A stretch of DNA of 26,942 nucleotides from a virus (lineage: Duplodnaviria > Caudoviricetes). A model generated the notes under the pieces. That model saw nothing but the letters and a program-made list of their open reading frames with translations. It was not told where the DNA came from and searched no databases. Below are positions 16,622 to 25,932 of this stretch, piece after piece. The DNA is taken from the IMG/VR virus record IMGVR_UViG_3300037044_000090, positions 1 to 26,942 of that record. One strand, 5' to 3'. Made by a program: the position numbers and the translations under genes. The first letter of the stretch is position 1. Every line of letters begins with the position of its first letter.

Positions 16622-17853
16622 TGCCAGAGGCTCTTCGGTTGTGTCGGTTCTTGTATTTGAGCCTGTTTTTCACGTGGCTTGACAATAGGAATGTTGAAAG
16701 TTTCGCCCACCCAGTTTTGATTAATCTCATAGTGATTCAATGCTGCATTGACAATGTTCCAGTGATCCTTGAGTGTGAGATCCTCGCTGCGGTCGAATAT
16801 AAACTCATCATCATCTGTAAAAGCAAAACCATGACTTGCAAGCAGCGGTATAACAGTGTCATTGACAAAGAACTCGATTGACATTCTGTCGTTTTCGGAT
16901 ATCTTGTAGTCCAATGTGCGCTCGTGCACTTCGGACTGGCTTCGTGAGCTGCCATTGTCGGTGAGCATTGTGCCGCCGAGCAGACGTTTTGATATCTCCT
17001 CATTGGCTGTTTTTATCTGTTCCTGGAACACTTTGTAGGGGTCGCCTTTGGTGGCCTGATCGTGAATGGTGATCACCGTTCCTTCGGGCAGCACGGCCTG
17101 CGCACTTTGACCCAATGCCTTAAGCATTGTTTCAATGCGGTCGAGCTGTTGTTTGTCGGTTTTGTTCGTTGTGGCAGTGATGAGTGGAACGCCATATCGC
17201 TCACTAAAATCAGCCCATGTTTGCTGCGCGTTCCTTTTCCAAATGAGTTGCGGTATCACGTCGTTGAGCAGGCCAAAGTAGTCATCTGGAGAAAACTCAA
17301 TCACATGATCTTTAAAGGCGGGGTTTTTGTAGTCGGCAAATTTATCGCCAAACACTTCAAAATAAATTCTGCCAAGTTGTGGAGCAATGTTTCTTCGCGG
17401 AATGACAGACCATTTCATAGTGAGCGGATCAACGAGCTCGAGCACTGTATATCCTCTCAGGAAAGCATCAAAAGAGCTTGCAAGAATTTTATGAAACCAG
17501 GCCTTGTGTAATAGGCTGGTTTTTTCGGGCACTTCTTTGCCTGTTTTTTTGCTGCGTACAATAAACCTGTTTGATAGGGTTGCAGCCTTACGCACCTGAA
17601 TTGTAGCCTTCAGGTGGCCATCAGTCATCAGGTTATCAACTAAGTCCTGGTATGGTGCCCAGCGCGGATTTTCCGGATTATCGGCTGTGGTAAGTGCTTT
17701 TCTCCATTTCTGTATATCAGCCCTGCTTCTATCTGTAAATTCCTTTGCAAGACCCATAATGATTGCCTTGTCCTGCTTTTTAAGCGTTGTTGCCGGTTGT
17801 GCTTGAGAAATAAACCCAAACTCCCAATTTTTTTGTCCTATTGAAATTTTCAT
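16609..17853 (-). CDS. Portal protein (DUF935 / Mu gp29-like)
   Basis: D.HL..TI..RK, W..F.ERYGVP, ANEEISK.LLG.TMLTDNGSS.SQSEVH. Confidence 0.9.
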   Translation of the reverse strand: MKISIGQKNWEFGFISQAQPATTLKKQDKAIIMGLAKEFTDRSRADIQKWRKALTTADNPENPRWAPYQDLVDNLMTDGHLKATIQVRKAATLSNRFIVRSKKTGKEVPEKTSLLHKAWFHKILASSFDAFLRGYTVLELVDPLTMKWSVIPRRNIAPQLGRIYFEVFGDKFADYKNPAFKDHVIEFSPDDYFGLLNDVIPQLIWKRNAQQTWADFSERYGVPLITATTNKTDKQQLDRIETMLKALGQSAQAVLPEGTVITIHDQATKGDPYKVFQEQIKTANEEISKRLLGGTMLTDNGSSRSQSEVHERTLDYKISENDRMSIEFFVNDTVIPLLASHGFAFTDDDEFIFDRSEDLTLKDHWNIVNAALNHYEINQNWVGETFNIPIVKPREKQAQIQEPTQPKSLWQNFR

Positions 17854-17854
17854 A

Positions 17855-18292
17855 TCAGTACCTGTTATCTTCTGGTTTATGTTGGCTCCAAATTCTTACA
17901 TCATAAGAGGGCTCACCTTTTGCATCGGTAATAAGAGGCAAGTTGCATGGTTTGCCCGATTGCACAGCCTCCAGCCATTTGATTGCGTCTGCATACCGAA
18001 GTTCCCGGGTCTTTGGAATGTTGTTAGGGCTTTCTTTCGACCAGAGGTGATACAACGCGATATCAATCACAATCATCACGATGAATTTGTCACGCTCGTC
18101 ATCGTCACTATCGTTATGAGCCTGTTTAAAAATCTCTACAGTGTTATACCTTGCCGAAAGGTGATTTTTTATCTGGCTGATAGCCATTTCTTCGGCAGTC
18201 AGAAATTTTGATTTAGCCAAAGTTGGGTCGAGGATGCGTGCCACTTCGGTGCGCACCTGCACGTCCCAGTCGGTTTCTTTTAAAAAATTCAT
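17855..18292 (-). CDS. Mu gp36 / DUF1320 head-tail adaptor
   Basis: A.S.I..HL..RY, DIALYHL, RY.DAI.WL..V. Confidence 0.85.
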   Translation of the reverse strand: MNFLKETDWDVQVRTEVARILDPTLAKSKFLTAEEMAISQIKNHLSARYNTVEIFKQAHNDSDDDERDKFIVMIVIDIALYHLWSKESPNNIPKTRELRYADAIKWLEAVQSGKPCNLPLITDAKGEPSYDVRIWSQHKPEDNRY

Positions 18293-18293
18293 G

Positions 18294-19871
18294 TCAATAT
18301 CTGTTTTTAGAAAAGGTATTTAATGCAGCTCTGGAGGTTAGACGCGGCTCAAACTTCTCAACAAAAGCAGCCCTGTTGCATTCTGAGAAAGCTCCTTCAA
18401 GGGCATCAGGCCCATCCTTTGCGGCTTCTGTTCCTTTTTGAAAAGCAAGTAATTGGTCGCGCAGTTCAATTTGGTCGTAATTGTCTTTTTCGTCAATGTT
18501 GAAAAACACATTGAGACGCTCAAAGAAAGCTGACAAGGCTTCAATACGATCATCTTTATCAGCTTTAGGTCGTTTGTTGGCTGTGACAGGAATGTAGTAA
18601 CCACGATTATCGCCAACCTGGTCGAAGTCTGTTACAAATTCGTCCATTGCAAAAAGCCCCTCGATCATGTATTTGATGGGGTAACTTAATAGCTTCTTAC
18701 TCTCATTCAGGTCATAAAGCCAGTTGGCAAGTGCATTGCGTGATGCCTGACGTAGAAAGCCGTGAATGATATCGAATTCGCGGCCAATCTTACCAACGAG
18801 CCACATGCCCTTGTAGGCGGCATTGGTTTTGTAAGATAAGTCGCCATAGAAAATAAGGGCGTCGTATTGATTAAGCCTAAGGAGCTTTCTCCATTGAAAA
18901 TACTCAGGTTTAAATACGCGCCCATCTTCGATATGCACGTGCATGAATTCGCGCATGAATGAGCGGTAAGGCGTGTCGCGAAATTTCTTGCGCCAGTAAT
19001 CAGCCGATGCTTTTTCTGGCCACTCAGGTTCAAAGCTTTGTAGATCCTTGACAGCGCAGACGGTTAAAACATGAAAAATACTTGATTCACCCTCGTGTTT
19101 TGCTTTTTTTTCGGAAGCCTTAAAAAAGGTTTTTAAACGGTTTGTTATGCTTTTTTTATGGGTGTTGTTGTTGGCAAACACAAAACGTTCAGTACCACCC
19201 TCCATGTTGTCAAAAGCTCCCCAAACGTCTTCGGTAATGTAGTCAACCGAATCGGCCATGAGTCTTTCATTTTTGAAGTGCCGCCTGTTGTCAACATCAT
19301 CCACAGCGATGTAATCAGGCCGGTCGGCTCCTTCGCGTGCACCGCGTGGATTTTGTCCAAACCCGATTGCCTGAAACCTGACGCCATCGGTTGTTAGAAA
19401 ATCTCCGGAAGCCCAGTCGCCCGTTTTAAACTTCTCGCCATAATCATCAATCAGCCGTTTGTTGTATTGCAGCTGCGCCTGAATGCCACTCAGAAGTTTT
19501 TGTGCTTTTGGTTCAGTTTCGCCAATCAGGAGCATAAATTTTAAATCATTCATCACAAACATCAGGAATAGCGGAATTCCCATGTCAATATGAACGGATT
19601 TGCCTGCACCTCTGAATAGTTCGGCTAAAAGCCTGATCATTCTGTTGCGAATGATAAGATTGGCTAATTTGGCATGAAACCATGCGCTTTTTACCTTGGC
19701 ATAATTTGGGAAGTAATACTCAAACCATCGGATATAGTTTGCCTCAAGATGCTTTATCCTGGCAACTTTTTCCTTTGAGCTCTCGTTGAGCCTTATATTA
19801 GTTGCCTTGACTATTGCTTGACAATGCTTGTCATAGTCTTGAACGAAAGATAAGTATTTATTGCTGCTCAC
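18294..19871 (-). CDS. terL: Terminase large subunit
   Basis: Walker A FRGAGKS, RPDYIAVDD, nuclease YGDLS and KDGPDALEG. Confidence 0.9.
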   Translation of the reverse strand: MSSNKYLSFVQDYDKHCQAIVKATNIRLNESSKEKVARIKHLEANYIRWFEYYFPNYAKVKSAWFHAKLANLIIRNRMIRLLAELFRGAGKSVHIDMGIPLFLMFVMNDLKFMLLIGETEPKAQKLLSGIQAQLQYNKRLIDDYGEKFKTGDWASGDFLTTDGVRFQAIGFGQNPRGAREGADRPDYIAVDDVDNRRHFKNERLMADSVDYITEDVWGAFDNMEGGTERFVFANNNTHKKSITNRLKTFFKASEKKAKHEGESSIFHVLTVCAVKDLQSFEPEWPEKASADYWRKKFRDTPYRSFMREFMHVHIEDGRVFKPEYFQWRKLLRLNQYDALIFYGDLSYKTNAAYKGMWLVGKIGREFDIIHGFLRQASRNALANWLYDLNESKKLLSYPIKYMIEGLFAMDEFVTDFDQVGDNRGYYIPVTANKRPKADKDDRIEALSAFFERLNVFFNIDEKDNYDQIELRDQLLAFQKGTEAAKDGPDALEGAFSECNRAAFVEKFEPRLTSRAALNTFSKNRY

Positions 19872-20331
19872 GACTTATGACTTCTTGAATGTATAGCTTG
19901 TGAAATTTTAGAAACTCGACGCATATAGCCGGATCAATATCCGACATCCACTTGTCAAAGTCCTTCAACACATTGATCACGATGCGCGGATTGATACGTT
20001 TATCAATCCTGTCAATAGCTGCAATAATCTTAGATAGCTTATCAGCATTGAATGTTGATTCTTTGCCTTCAGAAATAGTTAATGCTTCGTTTAGCAGCAA
20101 CTCTTTCAGCTTTAGCGGAGTCAGCATGACGAACGAACGTTTTTCGTCCCATGACTTTTCACCTGACTCTCCTTTCTTCCACTTCACAAGCGTTTGCTCA
20201 CTAACTTCCCATTCACTTGCAAGTTGTGTTAAGGTATAGCCTTTGTTGACAAACATATCTTCGCAGATTGGCTTGATTCGCTTTAGTTCTGCCCTGGTCC
20301 ATTCCTTTTTATCGCCTGCTTTTTTTGCCAT
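19858..20331 (-). CDS. Probable terminase small subunit (HTH, DUF1804-like)
   Basis: HTH TLTQLASEWEVSEQTLVKWK...W; overlaps terL start. Confidence 0.75.
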   Translation of the reverse strand: MAKKAGDKKEWTRAELKRIKPICEDMFVNKGYTLTQLASEWEVSEQTLVKWKKGESGEKSWDEKRSFVMLTPLKLKELLLNEALTISEGKESTFNADKLSKIIAAIDRIDKRINPRIVINVLKDFDKWMSDIDPAICVEFLKFHKLYIQEVISREQQ

Positions 20332-20482
20332 ATCATTAGGTTTTATGCAAATAAACGAAGTGATTAATATGAATTAAAAAAATCATGTTACATATCTATC
20401 AATCAATGCAATACATGTATAAATGCTTGTTTTGCAAAAAGCTATAACATATTCTTGCATCCTCATAGCAAACGATAATGTA

Positions 20483-21556
20483 ATGTTTAAGATTGAAAAG
20501 AAGGTCAACAAGGCAATACTAACCATCTACGGCTACGTGGGTGGATATTACATGGACTTTAGGGCTGTAGTTACAGCTCTTGATGCGATCAAGCGTGAAG
20601 GCTATAAACACCTTGACTTTCATTTTCACACCTACGGTGGCGATGTTTTTGATGGCAACCTGATTTATTTATTCCTTGCTATGTGGGAATATGAAATGGA
20701 TATTTACATTGATGGTGTAGCTGCCAGTATGGGAGCGATTATAGCCACTGCCGGCAAAAAACCACCAATCATTGCCGAAAACGGATTTATGATGATCCAC
20801 AGCCCTACTGGATCAGTTCACGGCAATAAAAAACAACTCATTCAGGGAGCAAAGCTGCTGGGAAGCATGGAAAAGAACTTCACCAGAAAACTTGCAGATA
20901 TGACCGGCAAGGATGAAGCATTTGTTAGCAAATGGTTCGACGGCGTTGACTATTGGTTTGATGCCGATGAAGCCATATCACTCGGGCTTGCAAGAGAAAA
21001 GTTTGATCCAAAAAGCAAAATAACCCTTACAAAAGAAGAGCTTAATACCCTTGGTGCCAAGGGGGTGTATGACAGATTTACAGACCTTACTCAAAATTCA
21101 AATCATAAAAGTATCATGGACAAAGAAAAAGTGATCAAAAAGTTCAACCTCCAGGGCGTTACTGCTCAAAGCACCGAGGAAGAAATTGAAAATGCAATCC
21201 AGGCAAAGATTGACGCACCGCGTGCCGAAGCCGAAGCTGAAGCGATCAACCAGCTGGTAGGTGCTGCCATCAGCGAAAAAAAGATTACCGAGGCTCAGCG
21301 CGCTCACTACACCGACATAGGCAAAGCTATCGGCAAGGATAAACTCAAAGCAACCTTTGAACAAATGAAAGCCTATGAACCAATCACAGGTTCTCTCAAA
21401 GGAGGTGCATCAGGTGCAGCCGGTGGCGGCGATGATAACTGGAAGTGGGACGACTTTCAGGCTAAGGCTCCGGAAGTGCTCTCAGAGATGCCTAAGAAAG
21501 ATCCGGAGAGATTCAAGAATCTTTACAAGGAAAAATACGGAAAACTTCCGGACTAA
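20483..21556 (+). CDS. ClpP-type prohead protease with C-terminal scaffold
   Basis: HTYGGDVFDG, GVAASMG, FMMIHSP, WF.A.EA...GL. ATG 20483 preferred to 20423. Confidence 0.88.
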   Translation: MFKIEKKVNKAILTIYGYVGGYYMDFRAVVTALDAIKREGYKHLDFHFHTYGGDVFDGNLIYLFLAMWEYEMDIYIDGVAASMGAIIATAGKKPPIIAENGFMMIHSPTGSVHGNKKQLIQGAKLLGSMEKNFTRKLADMTGKDEAFVSKWFDGVDYWFDADEAISLGLAREKFDPKSKITLTKEELNTLGAKGVYDRFTDLTQNSNHKSIMDKEKVIKKFNLQGVTAQSTEEEIENAIQAKIDAPRAEAEAEAINQLVGAAISEKKITEAQRAHYTDIGKAIGKDKLKATFEQMKAYEPITGSLKGGASGAAGGGDDNWKWDDFQAKAPEVLSEMPKKDPERFKNLYKEKYGKLPD

Positions 21557-21618
21557 AGACAGTGAATCTGTAGTAAACAATTCATTTTTTGTATAACAAA
21601 CCCTTAATTTTTTTTCAA

Positions 21619-22680
21619 ATGAAACTAAAAATTGTTTTATCATTTTGTTTTGCCTTTTTGCTTAGCATTTTTGCCGGAGCAGGCATTGCACACGCCACAG
21701 GCTTGCCAACGGCCCCTGTTGTTGGCACACTCTTTACCGCCTCACTCGTTCCTCAGGACTTGGCCGGATCGTTCAGATCAGGCGTTTATAAGGAGGTGTG
21801 GACCGGCGAAGTTATTAAAGCTTTGGAAGCTGCTCAAAAGACCACGTTCCTGGAAGGAATACGCGACTATTCGCAATATGTTTCAGCTGTTGGAGACGAA
21901 GCGCAGGGAATACACATGACATATTTTGGTGTGGAACCAGAAGTGCTGATCAACAACACAACATATCCGATTGCGATACAGGAGCTTAACGGGGAAGATG
22001 TCATTATAACGCTCGACAAATATCAAACAAAAGCAACTCCTGTTACCGATGATGAGTTGTATGCGTTAGCCTATGATAAAATGAAAGTGGTCAAGGATGC
22101 ACACGCCAATGCAATTTCCAAAACGAAGGTAAAAAAGGCGCTTCATAGTCTTGCGCCTGGCTCTAACACTGCTAAGATGCCAGTGATAGTTACAACAGGT
22201 CCAGACGATGGAACCGGTAGAAAACGTTTGACATATACTGACCTGGTTAATTTTAAAATAGCCCTGGATAATCTTGAAGTTCCGGAAGAAGGCCGTCGCC
22301 TGGTTTTATGCACCGACCATGAAAATGATTTGATGTTCCAGGATCAAAAGTTCAAAGATCAATACTATAATGCTTCTTCAGGCAAACCATACAGTCAACT
22401 CGGATTCGAGTTCCATAGCTTTATGACAAGCCCTTACTACAATCCGGCAACAAAAGAAAAATTAAGTTTTGGAGCGGTGCCAGGTGCAACAAGTCGCCGT
22501 GCAACGATCTTCTTCAGTCTTGAGCGGGCCTCAAAAGCCTCAGGATGGACAAAGATGTATTACAGCGAAGCGGCCAAAGACCCACAGATGCAAAGAAATC
22601 TGATCAACTTCAGACATCATTATATCGTGATGCCAACACGTGAAGAGGGACGAGGTGCAATTGTAAGTGCAAACGTTTAA
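21619..22680 (+). CDS. Major capsid protein with hydrophobic N-terminal leader
   Basis: Follows protease; EVWTGE, EPEVLINNTTYPI, LD...VP..GR.LVL motifs. Confidence 0.78.
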   Translation: MKLKIVLSFCFAFLLSIFAGAGIAHATGLPTAPVVGTLFTASLVPQDLAGSFRSGVYKEVWTGEVIKALEAAQKTTFLEGIRDYSQYVSAVGDEAQGIHMTYFGVEPEVLINNTTYPIAIQELNGEDVIITLDKYQTKATPVTDDELYALAYDKMKVVKDAHANAISKTKVKKALHSLAPGSNTAKMPVIVTTGPDDGTGRKRLTYTDLVNFKIALDNLEVPEEGRRLVLCTDHENDLMFQDQKFKDQYYNASSGKPYSQLGFEFHSFMTSPYYNPATKEKLSFGAVPGATSRRATIFFSLERASKASGWTKMYYSEAAKDPQMQRNLINFRHHYIVMPTREEGRGAIVSANV

Positions 22681-22684
22681 GCCG

Positions 22685-23083
22685 ATGAGCAAGAAAAAGC
22701 CGCAAAATGAAGCTGCAGCGGAGGGGGGAATGCCCCCTCCTGCAGCATTTTCGGAAGCTTCGGCTGCACCTGATGAAACCGCTGCTGCTGCACCTGATGA
22801 AACCGCTGCTGCTGCACCTGATGAAACCGCTGCTGCTGCACCTGATGAAACCGCTGCTGCTGCACCTGGTGAAACCACAACTGAAGCACCCGCCAAAACC
22901 CACACGGATCATGGGTATCTACTACTTGATATAATGTTCCATTACAACTGTGACAAGGTTTGGGTTAACAACAAAGGCGAAGTCTTCGTTGATGAAAACC
23001 TTGCAAATCTTTCGGTCAATCAACAGAAAAAAAGACTGAAAGTTTATACGAAGAGTCAAATAGAATCTTTAAAAGCTAATTAA
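22685..23083 (+). CDS. Hypothetical virion-associated protein with Ala/Pro/acidic repeat
   Basis: Between capsid and sheath; (AAPDETAA)n linker plus small C-terminal domain. Confidence 0.7.
   Translation: MSKKKPQNEAAAEGGMPPPAAFSEASAAPDETAAAAPDETAAAAPDETAAAAPDETAAAAPGETTTEAPAKTHTDHGYLLLDIMFHYNCDKVWVNNKGEVFVDENLANLSVNQQKKRLKVYTKSQIESLKAN
22763..22876 (+). repeat. 24-bp tandem repeat, 4 perfect copies + partial
   Basis: Unit GCTGCACCTGATGAAACCGCTGCT at 22763, 22787, 22811, 22835; variant partial at 22859. Confidence 0.97.
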
Positions 23084-24364
23084 ATGGACGGTGTTAAACT
23101 TGTAATTGGAGTTGTTGGTCCATCCTCAACTACGATTGATAATACATGCGCTCTTCTGGTCAATGGCAACGAAATAGCTGCAGTGCAGGGATTCACGGGG
23201 CTGGAAAATGGTACGGTGTACTTAATCACGAACGTGGGGCAAGCCGAAGCGATGGGAATCACAAAGGCCTACGATTCAATAAATAAGATTCGTGTGCATC
23301 GGCATATATCGGAATTCTTCCGGATGGCCGGTGATGGCACAAAATTGTATCTTGTTGTTGGAGAGCCAGGATACACAATGGTTGAGCTTATTGAGCATTA
23401 TGGTCAAAAGATCATCATTGAAAGCAAAGGCGAAGTGAGCTACATGGGCGTCGCATTCAATCCTCCGGAGCATTACGCAACGACTTATGTAAATGGGCTT
23501 GAAGAAACGATTCACAGCAGCATTCAGAAGGCTCAGGAGCTCTTTGAATGGAGTTGGGAGACCAACAGGCCTGTTTCGATCGTACTTGAAGGTCGCGGTA
23601 TGAATAACGGTGCGGCAACGATGCTTAATCTTCGCAATATCACTATTGGAGCTGCATCGCTCAATGCGACGCATGTGCTTCTTTGCGTGGGCCAGGATTG
23701 GGATTATGCCGAAACACAGGATACCCGAGGAAAACTTTTTGCCGATGTGGGTACACTGCTCGGCACAAAGGCGTTCATTGGGGTGAACAGGGATATTGGC
23801 GAGGTTGAAGCGCTCAACTTGAGCAATGCGGTCAAAGGCATTTGGCTTACTGCCGGGTTGAGCAACCATCAAACAACCGCACAAATGGATGCTGATCTTA
23901 GCGTATTGGATGGTAAAGGCTATGTCTTTGGTGTCTCATACACAGGAATAAGTGGTTACAGGTGGAACGGTGATCACGTTTGCGCTCCTATTGTAGTAGA
24001 TGATGATGGAAATATCAGCATCAGCACATTGGGACATGCTGCAACGATCAACAAAGCATCAAGAGAGATCCGGAAGATGCTGCTACTAAAGCTAAAGTCA
24101 ACCGTTCCTGTTGATTCAAAAACAGGCTTTCTTCCAGCAGGTGTGAGAAAATGGCTTGAAAACATCGCTGATGCTGCTTTCACAAAGATGGGCAAAGCCG
24201 GTGAGATCAGCGATGGCAAAACGGCTGTTGATCCAACGTCTCAACTGCTCACAGGAGCCAAAGAACTCAAGGTATCGTTTGTGATCGTTCCAACGGCCAC
24301 AATTGGCAAAATCAAAGGAACTATTAACCTTAAAACCACGATAAGCAATGGCACTGATCAATAA
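23084..24364 (+). CDS. Contractile tail sheath (DUF2586-like)
   Basis: L..KGYVF...YTG.SGY.WN.D..C, INKA.R, M...GEIS, P......I...I C-terminus; precedes tube. Confidence 0.8.
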   Translation: MDGVKLVIGVVGPSSTTIDNTCALLVNGNEIAAVQGFTGLENGTVYLITNVGQAEAMGITKAYDSINKIRVHRHISEFFRMAGDGTKLYLVVGEPGYTMVELIEHYGQKIIIESKGEVSYMGVAFNPPEHYATTYVNGLEETIHSSIQKAQELFEWSWETNRPVSIVLEGRGMNNGAATMLNLRNITIGAASLNATHVLLCVGQDWDYAETQDTRGKLFADVGTLLGTKAFIGVNRDIGEVEALNLSNAVKGIWLTAGLSNHQTTAQMDADLSVLDGKGYVFGVSYTGISGYRWNGDHVCAPIVVDDDGNISISTLGHAATINKASREIRKMLLLKLKSTVPVDSKTGFLPAGVRKWLENIADAAFTKMGKAGEISDGKTAVDPTSQLLTGAKELKVSFVIVPTATIGKIKGTINLKTTISNGTDQ

Positions 24365-24767
24365 AAACGGCAAAGCCTATGATGCAGGCGATGTTTCGGT
24401 AACGTTATTTGGCCGGATGGATTATGAGGTTACGGAAGTAACTTATAATACTGACCAGCAACATCAGCCAAATTATTCATTAGGAAGCAACCGGATGACC
24501 TCTTTCTCTATGGGCAAAGTAACCAATACCGGTACAATTACCATGCGTCTTGCTTCTGCTTCTCAGATTGAAAAAGCAGCAGGCGGAAACCTGCTGGCAA
24601 TCAAACCATTCCCAATCAACGTCACCTTCGTGAACGATGACAACGATATTATTAATGATACGGTTTTAGCCAAGTTCCAAAGCCAGGGCCGCGAGGTAGG
24701 TGGTGAAATGGATCTGAAGAAACAGTATCAATTGTTTGTGCTTGGTGTTGAATACAATAATCTGTAA
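24348..24767 (+). CDS. Tail tube protein
   Basis: 139 aa beta-rich protein after sheath; NGKAY, G....TGTIT, PF.I.V. Confidence 0.8.
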   Translation: MALINKNGKAYDAGDVSVTLFGRMDYEVTEVTYNTDQQHQPNYSLGSNRMTSFSMGKVTNTGTITMRLASASQIEKAAGGNLLAIKPFPINVTFVNDDNDIINDTVLAKFQSQGREVGGEMDLKKQYQLFVLGVEYNNL

Positions 24768-24768
24768 A

Positions 24769-25113
24769 ATGAAGAAAGATCAGATAACATTGCCGCAGGG
24801 CGTTACCGCAGAAATGGTTGCAGCCTGGAAGGAGCAGTTTGGTGCCGACAAAGTGAGGTTAGCCGAATTACCTCTGGATGATCAGGGCGAAAAAGTGATT
24901 GAAGTGGTTGTGCGTGTTCCAGGTCGAAAAGAACTTGGAGAGTTTGAAAAGTGGCTTGATCGAAACCCCGATAAAGCAAAGGAGATTTTGGTGAATGCCT
25001 GTCTTCTGACCAGAAAAGAAGAAGTGAAAGCCCAGGACGATTTGTTTCTGGCTGCATTTGATGCTATCAGCCAACTGTTGCCTATAAGAAAGGCTATCAT
25101 AAAAAACTTATAG
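24769..25113 (+). CDS. Tail assembly chaperone (G)
   Basis: After tube; ends in IKNL with slippery A-AAA-AAC. Confidence 0.75.
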   Translation: MKKDQITLPQGVTAEMVAAWKEQFGADKVRLAELPLDDQGEKVIEVVVRVPGRKELGEFEKWLDRNPDKAKEILVNACLLTRKEEVKAQDDLFLAAFDAISQLLPIRKAIIKNL

Positions 25114-25328
25114 AAGACTATCCTTCGATTGATGTCAATATTGATGAGGATAGTCTGCAACGACAGCACAGCAATTTTATCCGCAAAGGGAATGCCTTGA
25201 TAAGCTTTTATTTAGGCATTCCATTTCCGGAGATTTTAGATGATGAAACTTGGTTTGAAAAATACAGACAATTAGAATGGCTATCAGCCAGCGGAGTGTT
25301 AGGAACTAAAAAAAATGGCAGAGTTTAA
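25101..25328 (+). CDS. -1 frameshift extension of tail chaperone (GT)
   Basis: -1 frame open from 25107 to TAA 25326-25328 with no ATG: LIEDYP...GNALISFYLGIPFPEILDDETWFEKYRQLEWL... Confidence 0.75.
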   Translation, partial: KKLIEDYPSIDVNIDEDSLQRQHSNFIRKGNALISFYLGIPFPEILDDETWFEKYRQLEWLSASGVLGTKKNGRV

Positions 25329-25929
25329 TCTACAGTCGGTTATTGAGAGATACCAAAGCGCTTTTGGCTATGTCGGCGGCAACTATGCCAAGGTTTTTGG
25401 TTTGATAGACACTTACAATCAAGATGCTAAAACTTCCGGAAGTTTGATCTCGAATTTTCCATTGTTTACTGTTCAATCTGTATATTTTACCGATGTAAGG
25501 CTCACAAGCGCTTCATCGGGCAAAGTCTATTATTTCGGACTCAAGTTTGAAGAGAAAAACTATGTGTGTCCGCCTGTGATGCTCCAGTTTGCGAGAGACA
25601 AACATGTAGTTGAAACACAGATTGACCGGTCAGAAATACATGTGATTGAATACTTTGGTTTGAAACCCTGGGAAATAAGTTTTCAGGGAATATTGATTGA
25701 CCAGGAAGATCATCACTACCCTGGTGATAAGGTCACGAAAATAGCGGAGCTGTTCAGTCAGTCAGGCACTTTCAACGTTTCCGGAGAATTGTTTGCAAAT
25801 CTTGGTATTACCGAAATTTTTATCAACAAAGATTTGAAGATAAATCATGTTGAAGGATATATTGACACGGTCAAGTTTTCATTCCAGGCTATCAGCACAT
25901 TTCCACTCGAAGTAATTCAAAGACTCTGA
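25315..25929 (+). CDS. Tail tube initiator/baseplate-associated protein (DUF6046-like)
   Basis: K.VVET.I......V.EY.....W.I...GIL, YP, LGI..I motifs. Confidence 0.65.
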   Translation: MAEFNLQSVIERYQSAFGYVGGNYAKVFGLIDTYNQDAKTSGSLISNFPLFTVQSVYFTDVRLTSASSGKVYYFGLKFEEKNYVCPPVMLQFARDKHVVETQIDRSEIHVIEYFGLKPWEISFQGILIDQEDHHYPGDKVTKIAELFSQSGTFNVSGELFANLGITEIFINKDLKINHVEGYIDTVKFSFQAISTFPLEVIQRL

Positions 25930-25932
25930 GCC

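Noticed and set aside
22763-22876. CRISPR-like array
   Set aside because: Contiguous identical units with no spacers, in frame within a CDS; no cas genes.
22540-22934. Several overlapping repetitive ORFs
   Set aside because: Alternative frames of the 24-bp repeat.
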